Assembly: GCA_028534125.1 (NCBI GenBank)
Contig: CM052817.1
Span: forward strand, 84,012,001-84,076,000
Reading direction: 5' to 3'
DNA from: Lama glama
Lineage: Eukaryota
DNA length: 64,000 nt
The notes under the pieces were generated by a model. It was not told where the DNA came from. It did not search any database and was given only the letters and a program-made list of their open reading frames with translations. Within the stretch, counting starts at the first letter, position 1; each line of letters starts with the position of its first letter. Below, piece by piece: positions 25,082 through 38,212 of the stretch. Made by a program: the position numbers and the translations under genes.

Positions 25082-25315
25082 AAGGGATGTAGTGAAAGCT
25101 GTACCATCAGACAGACTTGGACTCCAGGCTCAGTGCTTTTACTTAACAGTTGGGTGACCTTGGGCAAGTTCTTTATCTTCTTTCAGGCTCCTGAGTGTTT
25201 TGTAGAAATAATTGAATATAATACCAAACTTGATAGACTAATATGAAGATGAATAGATAATATTAGGCACCTAACAGAGAACCAGGCAAATAGTTAATAC
25301 TCAGTAAATGTTAAT
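25082..25315 (+). mobile_element. MIR SINE
   Basis: 'tcagacagacttgg...gtgaccttgggcaagtt...tactcagtaaatgtta'. Confidence 0.75.
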
Positions 25316-27649
25316 TTGCTTCCCTGTTGGCTGCTTTTGATTGACAGAAGAAGCTTGCTAAGGAGAGCCTTGAGGTTCTGATCTTAGTCATCAGAGATTT
25401 ATCTGCTTTTTAAAAAATTATTGGGATTAAGAAGCCCTGACTTAAGGTAGGACCATCCCTTCTGTATGCTGGGCAGAGAAGTATATTTTTATCCTCATCC
25501 GTTCTCATCTTTGTGGTTCAACAATGATCACAATAGCAAATGTGAAGATATAATGGTCACCTGGAGAAAAGAGGAGCAAATGTAGAATCTGGGCTTGGCT
25601 AAGAGTGCTGGGAAGTTTGCATGAGTTGGACTATCTGGGAATCCAGACAAGCAGATGTCTTTGCAAGGATGTGCCAGGCGATAATGGAGGGGACAGGGGC
25701 AGGGAGACAGACAAGGATATGGTCCTTCTTACTGGGGCAGAGACAGCTATGTGCATCTTCAAAGAATCCATCCCACAGCCAGTGATTGTTATTTACTCCT
25801 AGAAAATATCTGGGAAATTATCCATGTTCTAGTCACTTAACCTTGCAGCTCTGTGCCCACACAATGCTCACTGACACTTTGAAATGAAACTGATGCTTCA
25901 ATTAATGGCATAGTCAAGTGACTTCCCATACAGACATTGTCTTTTTTAAGGCCTTGTGCTGGAGAAGGTAAGTTGCAGGCATGAGCTCACGTGGCTTCCC
26001 CATGCTGCTGTCCTGCTGTAGGCACAAGAGTAGCCTTGTCTTGAAATCACAGACTTGAAAATGTGCAGTGTGTAGTGCTTTGTCTGATATTGTTGCCCAG
26101 AGAATGATGTATTTAACTTTGTTATTATTTGTCCCATATACAACTTCCCTGGGTCAATTTTCAGCCCACCTTAGAGGTGTGATGGAAACTGAAACAGCAA
26201 GGCTAAATCTTCACTGACCATCGGTCACTTTGAGGCCTAGAGACCAGAGGCTGACCTGGGGATTTCTACCCATTCCAGACTGAGCTTATGAGGTCACCAG
26301 GCCTTCCTGGGAGTGGAAAGCTTTTTTGCACCTCTCACAGAGCCCCGGGCATGTCTTAACCACAAAAGTAATTGCTTAATAAATACTTCATGGATGAATA
26401 AAAGTTTCTTTGGGACAGGTTCTTTTCGTATTTGCCACTCATCAGCTGTGCTCTTCATTGTCATCACTGCCAATATCATTATTGTAACTGTCATCAGTAA
26501 GTAAGAAACATCTGTCAAGCACTATGCAAGGTATGGTGCAAAGAAAAATCAAAGACATAATCTAAGTAGAATTTTTTGGGGGCAGAGACCAAGTCTTAAC
26601 TGATTTTTCATTCCTAGAGCCTAGCACAGTGCCTGTCACACAGTGGAGGCATGGCAGGTTGTTGAAGGCTACCTGGAGGAGTGAATGTGTGATAAGAACA
26701 GATGGGTAAAAAGGTTGTGATAGCCGAAGACCTATTTTCAGCTTTCCCATTCCTATTTTTCTTTCTTTTTATCAAGCCACCTCCCACCCCACACCTGGAA
26801 GAACTCTGTTTCTGTCTAGTTTGGGAAAGGAATGCATACTGCATCTCAGTGCTCTTACTTGGATCTATTAAGGTGAGCACAGAATGTAGTGCTGCTGTAA
26901 CGTTACGATCTTGGCTGCCTTGAAATTTACAGAGAGAAGAAGTCTTTCAAATACTAGAAATAGATCAATATCCTGCTTCTGTCCTTTCTCTGTGCCTAGA
27001 ACACCCACTGAAGTCAGGAGGAGCTGAGAGTGTGTGTGGGAACAGTGGAATGGGGGTCTTTGTCTGTTAATTTGAGTTTCATTCTGTCATTTCACTCTGT
27101 AAGTTGATTCTGAAAAATTAATGCATTTATAAGGCTATTAATAACCATATTTCTCCCATAATCATTTTGATTAAGTCGTTGGTACTGCCAGGTGCCTGCA
27201 GCTTCCATCACAAAGCTCTGAACAATTTTGCTTTACCATTTGACTACACTGAGATACTCTCACTGACTGTGCCAGAGTAGTTGCTGCTGATTTTCCCCTT
27301 CTTGTGTCAGTCGATTTACATTCATTCTGAAAACAGAGAGTAAAGTTTAAAATAATATTCTAAGTCGTAAAAGTCATTCTTCAGTTATGGAACAATAAGT
27401 GAGCTTTCCTTTTATTAAACTATTCCCAAAGAAGGTTTTATGGTCAAAGTGTCACAGCTGGTTTTTTCCATGTTTTCTCTTTTTCCATCCTGAGTGTCTC
27501 ATGGCCCAATCATTCAGTGCAGCCTGCAATTCCTGACACTTTATTCCCCGCATTGTATTTACTGCAACAACATCCCACATCTCCACAGATTAACTGCTCC
27601 TTACCCTCTCTGCCCTCCCAATATTCCGGTTTACAATAGGCAGTGCCAC

Positions 27650-27873
27650 AGAGCAGATCTGTGTACAGGCCTTGGAGAAAGACTTCCCAATTTGGGGGCC
27701 CAGTCCTGCCATTAACTAGCTCTGGGACATAGGCAAATGAACAACCTCACCAAGCCTTTGTTTCTTCATCTTAAAATTAGAATTATAATAGTATCTACCT
27801 CCTGGATTGGTGATGAAGATGAAAAATTCCTTGGTACATTAAAAGCACTTATTGGAAGGTAGCTTTATTATTA
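27650..27873 (+). mobile_element. MIR SINE
   Basis: 'cccagtcctgccattaactagctctgggacataggcaa...tttcttcatct...aatagtatctacctc'. Confidence 0.75.
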
Positions 27874-28441
27874 TGAAAAGAGAAAAGCAGTCCCCAAAAT
27901 CCAGGAGCTGGACAGACACGGAGGGGTCTTGGTGCTCTCCTCTTGAACATAAACAGTCTCACAAAACAAGAACATCGGACAAGGCCACTCTGTGACCATG
28001 GAGGATTAAGGGGAAAAAAACCCCCAAAGCAAGGCCACTATGTAACCATGTTTGAACCCAGACAAAATATGGACACTGTGCGATCCACGAACATGACCAA
28101 ACATTTCTTCATTCAGCCTATTATGACTGTGGATTCTTTACCAATTACAGCTTTAGCCTGGCTCTAGTCTTCCCCCTTTCTAGATAAGATTTATTAAGAT
28201 ACCTAGTCATAGAAGTACTCCCACTACCTGATAGCATCCAATCCAGAGCAAAGCCTGCTTCTTTAAACCTTCGGCAAAGCATCCAACAGAACCCAAATTC
28301 TGTAAGTCCTTTTAACACTTTCTTATGAGACACCCTGTGGTTTCTCAATGAGTGTGCTTTCCCTTGCTGCAGAATGCCATAATCCCAGCATATTCAACTA
28401 CAGGTGTGTTTCTGGTGGTCTCTGGCTGGAGGGCATTGACA
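27874..28441 (+). mobile_element. ERV1 solo LTR (MER67-like)
   Basis: Starts 'tgaaaagagaaaagcag', has internal 'caaggccact' repeats, ends 'ggtggtctctggctggagggcattgaca'. Confidence 0.7.
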
Positions 28442-29473
28442 CTGTTATTCCTTTTGATAACCAAAAGTGACAGGATTTAAGTGCATATACCTTAGAGCAA
28501 TGGAAAGGACATTTGAGGACCTTGGACAAATTAATATCTCTGTTAGTTTTCTCATTTGTTAAAATTAGGGGGTTGGGCTTGTGAATTCTGTAGTCCTTTT
28601 CAGGACCAGCATGCTGTGGTATCTGTCTCAGACACATACCAACATTAGGAGTGCCATGGAACCAAAATAATTAACATGGGAACATTCTCAAACTTCCTGT
28701 CTTTCCTAGGCTGCCAAAGAGAATCCTGTAATTACCAGGCCAATTTCTCTCCTCTTCCCACCGCTTTATGAAAAAGCTCTGTCTTATGGGAGATAGGCTA
28801 ATATGCTAGAAGTAGAGGGAGGAGAAAAAGGAAAGAAAACCACACAGGCTGGGAATGGAGGAGGAGGTTTTCTGGGGATTACAGAGGGTGGTGGAGAGAA
28901 TTAAACATCTGAAGGAAGTAGATGAGAGAAATCAGGGAAGAGAGGAAAGTATTGTGTAAATAATGTATGTGGATACTCTTTATTGCCTTCTAAAAAGAAG
29001 CTAGTAAATAATAGTAAATAATTTCGGTTGTTGAACTGTGCTTCCTGAAGGGGATGCTAATCAAAACCCAAACCATGTGGGCCTCTGAGTTGATCAGGAT
29101 TTCAGCAATACATTTCTTATATAGTCAGAGACCTCACAAAAGGGGAGGTCTCTTTCTCCTCGAGGGCTTGTCGTTTTATAGTTAGTAAAGGGAGGAATAA
29201 GCTTTTTCTCCAGACATTTCCAGCAGGACCCAGGATTTAACCACACACAGTGCTCCTGATCTCTAATCGGAAGGACTTGTGGAGTCCAGCCCTTGTGTGA
29301 GTGAAAGAGAATATGCTTAAACGGAGCTGGGTGGAAGAGGCAGAAATCAGTGTCATTAGTCGAAAGTGAGAAATTAGTTGTCTTCCTGGCAAGGGGTCCT
29401 CAAGGCTTAGTTAATCAGAGCTTTTAATTTGCATGGAAACTCAAAGAAGCGAGTCTTTGTCAGATCCAAGTAG

Positions 29474-29580
29474 TAGGGTGACCAGCCATTCTGGTTTGCC
29501 CATGATTGCGGGGTTTCCAGGGGTGTGGAACTTCCCATGCTAAATCCGGGACATTCCTTGGCAAAGCTGTGATCACCCTA
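29474..29580. mobile_element. MER81-like hAT-Blackjack MITE
   Basis: Terminal inverted repeats TAGGGTGA...TCACCCTA, with 'tttgcc'/'ggcaaa' subterminal repeats; ~107 bp. Confidence 0.85.
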
Positions 29581-30989
29581 GTTAGCCTCAACTTTTCTTA
29601 CTCTTTTCATTTGGTTGTAGGCTGAATGCTTCTTTCTAACATATTCCTTGTGTACCATATCTCCGCCAAATACTGGAGTCCCAGAACTGGAAGGGATCTT
29701 CAGATGTCATGAAGTCATCCTCTGCCTCCCACCAAGTTTCATTCACATGGTTCATTCAGATCATCCATTCCCAGTGATAGGCTAGGCAGAAGCATCCACA
29801 GATAATGAACAGTCCAATGCTATTTCTATCATTTTATAATCCTTACTATTTGCTGTTTGAATTTCTTACATCTTACCCAATTTTTCTTCTTCTCCTTAAA
29901 AGTTACTATGGCATTGGAAGAGAGGTGTAGCTGCCCAGGTTTTTGCAGGGAAATTGTGAAGGTGTCCTAGAGTTTAGAATTGCAGAACCCTTAATATTTA
30001 GCAGCAGCCATGATTTGGGGAAAATTACTGCTTTGTATTGGGACATTTAAATAAAAATTTTCATGAAATAGAGGCCTGAATTGAGAGTTCAGTGTTTAGG
30101 GGATTCCTCCAAATTGCTGTTAGAACTGTAAGGAGATTGGCTTGTCTAGTTCTTAAACAAGAAAGTTGCTAACATTTCAAATCTTGCTGGTTTTGCTTAG
30201 ATTTGGCTGAATTTCAGTCTTTGGCTTGTTAATTCTTTATGTTGGGTTTCCTCTTATATCTTACTCAGATATATGTATAACTCTCAATAACTCAAGTTTC
30301 AGAAAGCGGAGTTCATTTTATTTTGTAAATATACTGCCTTTTTCTGTCTTATCCAGGGTAGACAATCTATCTCATGTCAGTTGGCCAAACTGCTATAGGG
30401 TTTCAGTCATCTTAGCTTGGGTAAGCTATAGGGAATTGGTTCAGATACTCTATAGAGAACTCTGTCAAATTCTAGATCCCATGGCTCAGTTTGAAGCTTC
30501 AATATTGCACCCTCTTTTTTTCACTTGAATTATAAGCATTTTTCCATGAACTCTTTTGAATAACATTTTTGGTGGTTGCATAACATTCCATGGAGTGTGG
30601 TAGCATTTCAGGAAGGACACAACTTGGTGGAGGAGGCTACAGCATACACATAGAGTCAGCTTTGATTATTCCCCAATTAGTAAGGCAGAGCTATATAAAA
30701 TCTTACATGGACAGAAAGTTATCCTCAGAGGGTTGAGAGTGGATGTAGTGAATCTCAGCATAGCTCCTTTTGCTCTGCACTGATCTGGATGAGGCACGTG
30801 GCTTCAGCTGATACTCTCCATAGTAGGTGTCTGGATCTGGAAGGCTCCACAACCTTTTACCACCCTTTTGTATCCATGGATGAATTTACACCAACAAACT
30901 ATACACTTTTGTTGAAGATAATTATTACAACACTGAACTTTCCTGGAAACAAACTGAGCAAGAATAAGTGATGTTCCTGCCTTGGAGGA

Positions 30990-31698
30990 TGTGTCAGTTA
31001 TTAATTTATTGCCTCAGAGTTATGAATTTACTCTTCAGTGCCTGCTTTGAGAAAATAGGTATGGGCTTTTAAAATATTTCTCCTTTGCCAGATAGTGCCA
31101 TGTTAAGCTTTGTCAGTGGACAGTGCTTAAGAGATATTGCAGGAGGAAAGAATTTTGCTTCCTAATCTGGCTTGCTCCCTAGATAGGTTCCTGAAGTACA
31201 TGTAGCTTCTCCAGAAACTGGCTCCAACCAGCACCTACCATATGTGGTAGCCAGCAATACTCAGAAGCCAGCAACTTACCCTTTCATTTCTTGTTGGGTG
31301 GTTTTGTAGATGTCTCTAATGACACATCTCCCTGTGAACAGCTTTCCCAATACCCTAGAAGGATTTCCAGCAAGTTTGAAAAAACAGATTTCCAGCATGT
31401 TTGGTCAGCATGGCACCAGTGATCTCTGTCATTCACTGAGTCTTGTCTCTGCCCTCTCCAGTGAAGTATGGATTTCAGCTGTTTGGGGAGAGGCTGGGGT
31501 CATTCCTTGGGCACTGTATCTGAGCCTCTGGGGTAGTGGCTGCTCCTTGTTACCATATCCTTTAGAATTCCCTTTACTTCTTAGTGGCCAGATTTTTTTA
31601 CTTCAATTTCCTGAAATAGTTAATAGTTCTTTATATTAAACAATCCTGTTCAAATCACTACATGTCTTCTTTCTCCTGATTAGACTCAGACTAATAAA
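30990..31698 (+). mobile_element. ERVL solo LTR (LTR41-like)
   Basis: Starts 'tgtgtcagttattaatttattgcctc', ends 'ctcctgattagactcagactaataaa'; perfect 5-bp TSD gagga (30985-30989, 31699-31703). Confidence 0.75.
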
Positions 31699-32647
31699 GA
31701 GGAGGAAGCAGAGCAAGAGCCCAGGTGTGTCTGTCTCTACCTTTCTAGCATGATGGAAAGGCCTTTTCTGTCAGTGGTCTGCGCCTTGACTCTCAGCCTT
31801 GTGAGCCCCAGATTCCTCACCTATAAAATAGTGTTAATAATAGTTCCTGTCTCATAGGGTTCTTATGAGGGTTAAAAAAGATACCACATATAAATTATGT
31901 GAAACATTGCCTGGCATGTAGTAAGTACCCAATAAATGTTATTTGTCCTTATAGCTTAATCTGGATAAATCTGTTATTGAGTTTGATTGGCAGATCACAA
32001 GTAGAAACTCAATTCTTGACAAAAGCATGCACCACAGTTTATTTAACCATTCCCATATGGTAGAGATTTGGTTGTTTTTACTATTTTCCTATAATAAACA
32101 ATGTCATCATGAACATCTTTGTATATAAAACTCATTTATTCTGGGATTTTCTTTATGAGGGAAGATGGACAGTCATCTGTCCTCAGGGAAGTTCTTCACT
32201 AACGGAATTCTGGCCTGACCCATTAAGGGAAGTAGAATTAGAAAGTATAAAATAAATCATGTTGAGAATCTTAGTGACTCTGAGATATTCTCAAGAACCT
32301 CTTTCTGATTCTGCTCATTAACATGTGACAAAATTTTCTTTTTGAGGAAATACAATACCTAATACACAGTAAGTCATTTTGTCATAGTTCTTAAAATGTT
32401 TCTTGGTTCTAAGTTAGGCACCTTAGAAGTGCCCATTCTGAGATAGTCAATTAAATTCATCAGTATTTATTAAAATGCCAAATGATTTAGAAATTAAACA
32501 ATTTGCAGATAGAATTTCAGGAGTGACTTAATACTACGTGATCTTGGGCAATTTATCTTTACTTTTGTGATTCTTAGAGCAATTTTTTTGGCTTTTCTGA
32601 GATGCAATTTCCTCATAAGTAAGATGGAGAAAATAATGCTTATATTA

Positions 32648-33363
32648 ATTAATTCATTTATTCAACAATTATCTATTGATTTTCTTCTATGTGCCAGATA
32701 CTCTTCTAGGTGCTTGAGGTGCATCAATGAAGAATAGAATCCCTACCCTAAAGTGTCTCATGAAACAGTGCAGATGGTCAGAAGGAGGGGGACAGATAAT
32801 AAATTGATTAACATAATGCTTAAGTAAATTAAACAGTATGTTGAAAGATGTTAAATGCAATGAAAAATATAGAGTTGGAAAATAAAGGACAAAGAGGATC
32901 AAATGTGCTTGGAAGGATTGCTTTTTTAAAGGATAGTTAGGGTGGGCCTCATTTCCTACTCATACTCATTCTCATAGGTAACATTTGAGCAAAGACTTGA
33001 AGGAGCTAAGGCAGTTAGCCATGCAGGCATATGGGGAGAATTATTAGATCGAAAAGAGAGCAAGTACAAAGTCTGTAAGGTGAGAGCACGTCAGGCATGT
33101 TTGAGAAACAGCCAGGACACTGTTGCTAAAGTGAAGTGAGTGAGAGGGAAAATGGTAGGAGGTGAAGTCAAAGAAGTAACAAGTCCCAGATCGTGTTGGA
33201 TCTTCTAGGCCATTTGTCAGAGCTTTAGTTTTTACTCTGAGTGAAATGGAGAGCCACGAAGGGTATTGTGCACAGAAATGGACATGATTAAACTTACATT
33301 TTATCAGAATCACTTTGGCTCTAGAATGAGGATAAACTGTAGGGGTTGAGGGTGCTATTGCAA
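32648..33363 (-). mobile_element. L2a, first part (3' end)
   Basis: 'attcatttattcaacaa...tatgtgccagata...acatttgagcaaagacttgaagga...atcactttggct...gctattgcaa'. Confidence 0.85.
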
Positions 33364-34114
33364 CCTTCTCTCCATCCTTTTTCCTTCTACAGGGAGGAGA
33401 CAGCATGACAGCTGAAAACACGGGGCTGTGAGGGGACTTGGAGAGCCATGCAGAGGCAAGGGCTGGGGTTGGCGGGGAGGGGGCTATAGGCTTGTGGGCC
33501 AGCAGTTGAGAGTATTGCAGAGACGGGGTGGTGTGGAGGTGGTAGGCAGAAGAGGTGGCCAGCATGGTGGGAGTGGGTTGATTATATTGAGCAAATTAGT
33601 AAATTAATTGTGCCTGTAAGTGTATATAATGAGGATAATGGAAGCCGAATTTCTCACTGCTGGAGAAGGAATTAATGAGCACAGAAAGGGGAAGGGCTAG
33701 AAGGAACTCTAAAAAGTGTTGGTCTCTCTCAGTCTCTCTCTCAATATAGATATATCAGTGTATGTGTCCACGAATATACATATACATATCTCCTAGCTCT
33801 GTCAACTGAGAGGGCTTGGAAGCAGCGGCATCTGAAAAACAATGGGTACAACAAGCACCCAGATATTGGTTTCTAAATACCATCCTGTACTAAAAGAAGA
33901 CAGGGTCCTTGGATAAATGGCCAGTGGCTAATTCTAGGGTGGGGGCATACCCTGAAACATCTTCTTGTGTTGGAAAATAGAAACACTCAGTTAATTATAG
34001 GGACAATTCACAAACACACAGGGGTTCTCACTGACCATATCAGGGACAATCTCAGCATTTAAAAAATAAAATAATGGATTAAAACTCATTGAATAAATTG
34101 GAAATCCGTGAATC

Positions 34115-34150
34115 CATAGATGGATGGATAGATAGATAGATAGATAGATA
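34115..34150. repeat. (GATG)n(GATA)n tetranucleotide repeat
   Basis: Directly visible inside the L1MC. Confidence 0.9.
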
Positions 34151-34583
34151 AATGAAAAGGAAGAGCTTGTCTTTCCTGTAGAATATCAACTAATAAATGT
34201 AGAATGAATAATGTAAATAGAAAATTGCCATTTGGCAAGCTCCACAGATTTGATTGATTTCAGCTGAAATGGACAATCAGCTAAGGCTGCTGGGTGAAGA
34301 TTCCATGAGGGACACAGTATTTTGAAATAATCCAGGAATAGCTCTCCATAAAATATTAATCAATTACAAGGAAAAAATGGTGAATTTAAGCAGAGAAACC
34401 TGGCAGATATCAACATGATCAAGTAACCAAGGTTAACATCACCAATGTTGTATGGATCGATGTTGTGTATCTTTTAACGTGATACACTGAGAAGAGCATG
34501 GCATTGTTTCTGAGAAATTCTTGCCGAGAATTAATGTCCTGAGCCTGATCATGAGGAAACATCAGACATTCCATGTTGGAGGT

Positions 34584-34950
34584 TGCTATGGTCTGAATGT
34601 TTGCATTCCTCCAAAATTCACATGCTGAAATCCCAATGCCCAATGTGATAGTGTTAGAAGGTGAGACCTTTGGGAGGTTCTTATGTCATAAGGGTGAAAC
34701 CCTCATGAATGGGATTAGTGCCTTGTAAGCGAGGCTCCAGAGAGATTTCTTAGCCCCCTTCTACCATATAAGGATACTGCAAGATCGTATGGACTGTGAA
34801 TCATGAATTGGGCCCTCACTAAAACATGACAATGCTGGTGCCTTAACCTTGGACTTCCCAGCCTTCAGAACTGTGAGAAATAAATGTTTGTTATTTTTAA
34901 TCTACCCAGTTGGTGGTTTTTTGTTACAACAGCCCAAATGGACTGAGACA
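34584..34950 (+). mobile_element. MLT1A/A0 MaLR solo LTR
   Basis: 'tgctatggtctgaatgttt...ttggacttcccagccttcagaactgtgagaaataaa...gactgagaca'; perfect 5-bp TSD gaggt (34579-34583, 34951-34955). Confidence 0.92.
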
Positions 34951-35316
34951 GAGGTCATCCTCCAAAATGTTAACATATCCTACAGAGTGTCTAGTACATG
35001 AAAAATGAGGAAAGACTGAAGAATTATTCCAGATCAGAGGATCTAAAGAGTCATAATCACTAAACATATGTGCTCTTGAGAAGATCCTGGACTACAGAGG
35101 AAAAAGAGCATTCTTGAAGTAATTAATAAAATATGAATGAGACTGGATAGTAGTGTTTTAGTCAATGTCAATTTCCTATTTTGAAGAGTGGTTGCTGGTT
35201 ATATTGGAGAGTGTTCTTGGTTTTGGAAGATACTTACTTTGGGGTGATAGGACTTACTCTTTAAAAAGTTCAGAATATATAGTTAAAATTATTTCAAAAT
35301 AGTTTAATTTCTATTG

Positions 35317-35790
35317 GAGGTGAGAGATGATGATGACTTAGACCTGGGAGGTAACAGTGGCATTGGTGGGAAATGGTCAGATTCTAGATATAATCTGAAG
35401 GTAGAAACAGTAGGACTTCCTGATGGATTGGACATAGGTTGTGAAAGAAAAACAGTACAAGAATGACTTCAACATTTTTGGCTTGAGCACCTGAATTAAC
35501 GAGATTACTGCCAACTGATATACAAACTATGGACTGGGCAGGGTTTTTGGGGAGAAGATCCGGAGTTCTGCTTTGGATATGTTGAGTTTGAATTACTTGC
35601 AAGACATCCTAATGAAGATGTCAAGAAGGCAGTTAGATACCAGAATCTAGAGTTCAAGAAAACATTTAGGCTGGAGATAGAAACTTGGGAGTTGGCATCA
35701 AGCAAATAGTATTTAAAGTCAGTAGGGGATGAAATCACCAAGGGAGGGAATGTGGATTGAATAGAAAAGAGGTTACGCTTAGGACTGCTC
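35317..35790 (-). mobile_element. L2a, continuation
   Basis: Resumes at 'aggtgagagatgatgatgacttagac', the L2 sequence that normally follows 'gctattgcaa'. Confidence 0.85.
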
Positions 35791-35848
35791 AACAGGGATT
35801 TTTCAGCCTCGGTAGACTCACTGAAAATTTCTCAAAAATTTCCAGCCA

Positions 35849-36180
35849 CAGTCGGCCGTCGGCCGTCAGTATTTGAGAGTTCTGCATCCATAGATTCAAC
35901 CAACTGCAGCTTGAAAATATTCGAAAAAAAAATCTAGAATATTTCAAAAAGCAAACCTTAAATTTGCTACACACTGGCAGCTATTTACATAGCATTTATA
36001 TTGTACTTAGAACTATTTACGAAGCATTTACATTGTATCAGGTACTATAAGTAGTCTAGAGAAAGTATACAGGAGGATGTACATAGGTTGTGTGTAAAAA
36101 ACAGTGCCATTTCATATAAGGTACTTGAGCATCTGCAGATTTTGGTATCCATCGAGGATTGGTATACCAAGGGCCAACTG
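35849..36180. mobile_element. MER2-family Tigger MITE
   Basis: TIR cagtcggcc...gggccaactg then TA; 'gattcaaccaac', 'acttgagcatctgcagattttggtatcc'; homologous to 57789-58135. Confidence 0.9.
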
Positions 36181-36274
36181 TATGTAAAAATCTATGCCCA
36201 AAATACCAACATTCTTTGTCCTCAAAGAGCTAATGGTTTAATACATGAAAATAGGACTAATAACATAAAAAACA

Positions 36275-36500
36275 GTAATGCTATAAACGTTAACATTTAC
36301 ATTGTATTTACTGTGTGACAGGCACAATGCTAAGCACTTTCTATGGTTTATAAAGCCTTCACCTTACAGGGAGGTAATATCACTTCTATTTTTCATATGA
36401 GGAAATTGAGTCTTAAAGGATTTAGATAATTTGTTCAAGACCTCACAGCTAGTACACAATGAGGCTGAGGTTCACACTCTTGTGCTCTACCTACACTTCC
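36275..36500 (-). mobile_element. MIR SINE
   Basis: 'aacatttac...caggcacaatgctaagcacttt...atgaggaaattgag'. Confidence 0.75.
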
Positions 36501-37674
36501 TTTCATTTTGGTGGCTGCAGTATCCTGCCTAGACTCCCGGACAAGGGCAAAAAGAAGTCTATGGTGGGGCTGCAGATCCCTCTTGACAGGCTAAAACAAC
36601 TAAACCAATCTGTACCACCCCCATATGCACAATTTATAGCTAAAAATTTAGAGGATTTGAGAAAATTCCATTCCCCAGAGTGACTGCTCCTCCCTTAACT
36701 GGGGGTGCCACTCTTCTGGGAGGGGTCCTAGAAACTCTGGTTAAGATGGAGGGAGGGCTTCCGGGCAATAAACCCAAGTTTCCCAGGACCACAGTCCAAC
36801 AATAGGCAGTGGAGAATATTCCAGGCTCCAAAGAGAATCAACTGCTTCTGGGTTCTGAACACAACCAATGCTGTGTTTTTAAGAGCCTTGCCTTTCTTGA
36901 AATTTCCTGCTTTTGGCTTGCTGTTATTTGCCACTTTTACAAGCTACTGAACCACATCACTGGTGTGAACAGTTTCAAAGCTTACATATTTCTTCTTGTA
37001 ATCAGTTTAGTCGATCCTGTAACTATAAAGAGTGAGATGGTAAATCCTGAGTTCCCATTCTGAGTCAGAATTTATGACAAGAACTACGTGCTTGTGCCCA
37101 AACAGAACCATGCATGTATGGTAATATGGCAGTTGAAATTTATGTACTTCCTTTTATCCAAGGAACAGCAAGTGCTTCTATAAAATGGATTAAGAGCCAA
37201 CTGTCTTCAGCAGGCAATGAGAACAGTTCAAAAATAAGACTACTGAGGGAATCATTTAATTTCTGCAAGGCCAGGGTTCATGCTAAACAGCCATGTTTCC
37301 CAATGTTTTATGGAAGTGGTTCTAGGAGACCACTGCCATTTCAACCCCTGCTCAGCAGTGATGAGTTTAACTGCATCTTTTTCCGCCAGTTGTGTAATTG
37401 AAGACATTCCTGCACTGCTGCTCTTTGATGCTGGTGTTATACAGGACTAGCTCCTAGGATTTGCTGAGGGGATTACCAGCAGAATGGATCTCAGACATTC
37501 CTTTCTACTGATGAGTTAGCTCTTCTCCTTAGTAAGGGCGACTCTATGATTGTCTTTGCTAGCTTTAAGAACTAGGCTTGTAAATAAGGCCACTAAATTT
37601 TACAACCCCACTATAAAATAAAAATGGCTTCTATGTATTGTATACTTTAAAATGGCCATGGTGTGGTAGGTCCC

Positions 37675-38212
37675 TGTATCAGTTACCAATGGCTGCGGCA
37701 GGACAAATTACCCAAAATGGAGTGCCTTAAAACAACATTTATTATTTCCCATTTTCTGTGGGTCAGGAGTCCTAATGTGGCTTGATTGGGTCCTCAGGTT
37801 CAGGGTCTCTCATAAACTCAAGGTGTTGCCTAGGGCTTTGGTCGTCTCAAGGTTTGATGAAGGGAGAATTACCTTCACTCATGTGGTTTTTGGCAGGATT
37901 CAGTTCCTCGTGGGCTGTTGGACTAAGGTCTTAGTTTCTCACAAGCTCTTAGTTGAAGGTCTCCCTCAGTCCCTGGACACATGAGACTCTCACAGGTGAG
38001 AGGGTTAAGGAGGAGTACCAGCGAAAGAGTGCTAGCAAAAGACATCAGTTTTTTCTAACTTAATCATAGAAGTGACATCCCATCGTCTCTGCCTTATTCT
38101 GTTAGTTAGAAATATGCCACCAATTCATGCTTATGGGCTGGGGGATTATACGCAGTGTCAAAACCAGGAGGCGAGGATCATTGGGAGCCATTTTAGAAGG
38201 CTGCCTACCACA
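37675..38212 (-). mobile_element. MLT1F-like MaLR solo LTR
   Basis: 'tgtatcagtt...ttctgtgggtcagga...ggcaggattcagttcctcgtggg...ggctgcctaccaca'; TSD gtccc/gtcct. Confidence 0.85.

Larger units (their letters stand above)
33570..35305 (+). mobile_element. L1MC3/4-like 3' region inserted in L2
   Basis: 'ataatggaagccgaatttctcactgctggagaagg', 'agaaacctggcaga...aaggttaacatcacca', 'atcatgaggaaacatcagaca', 'ggaaagactgaagaa'. Confidence 0.75.
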
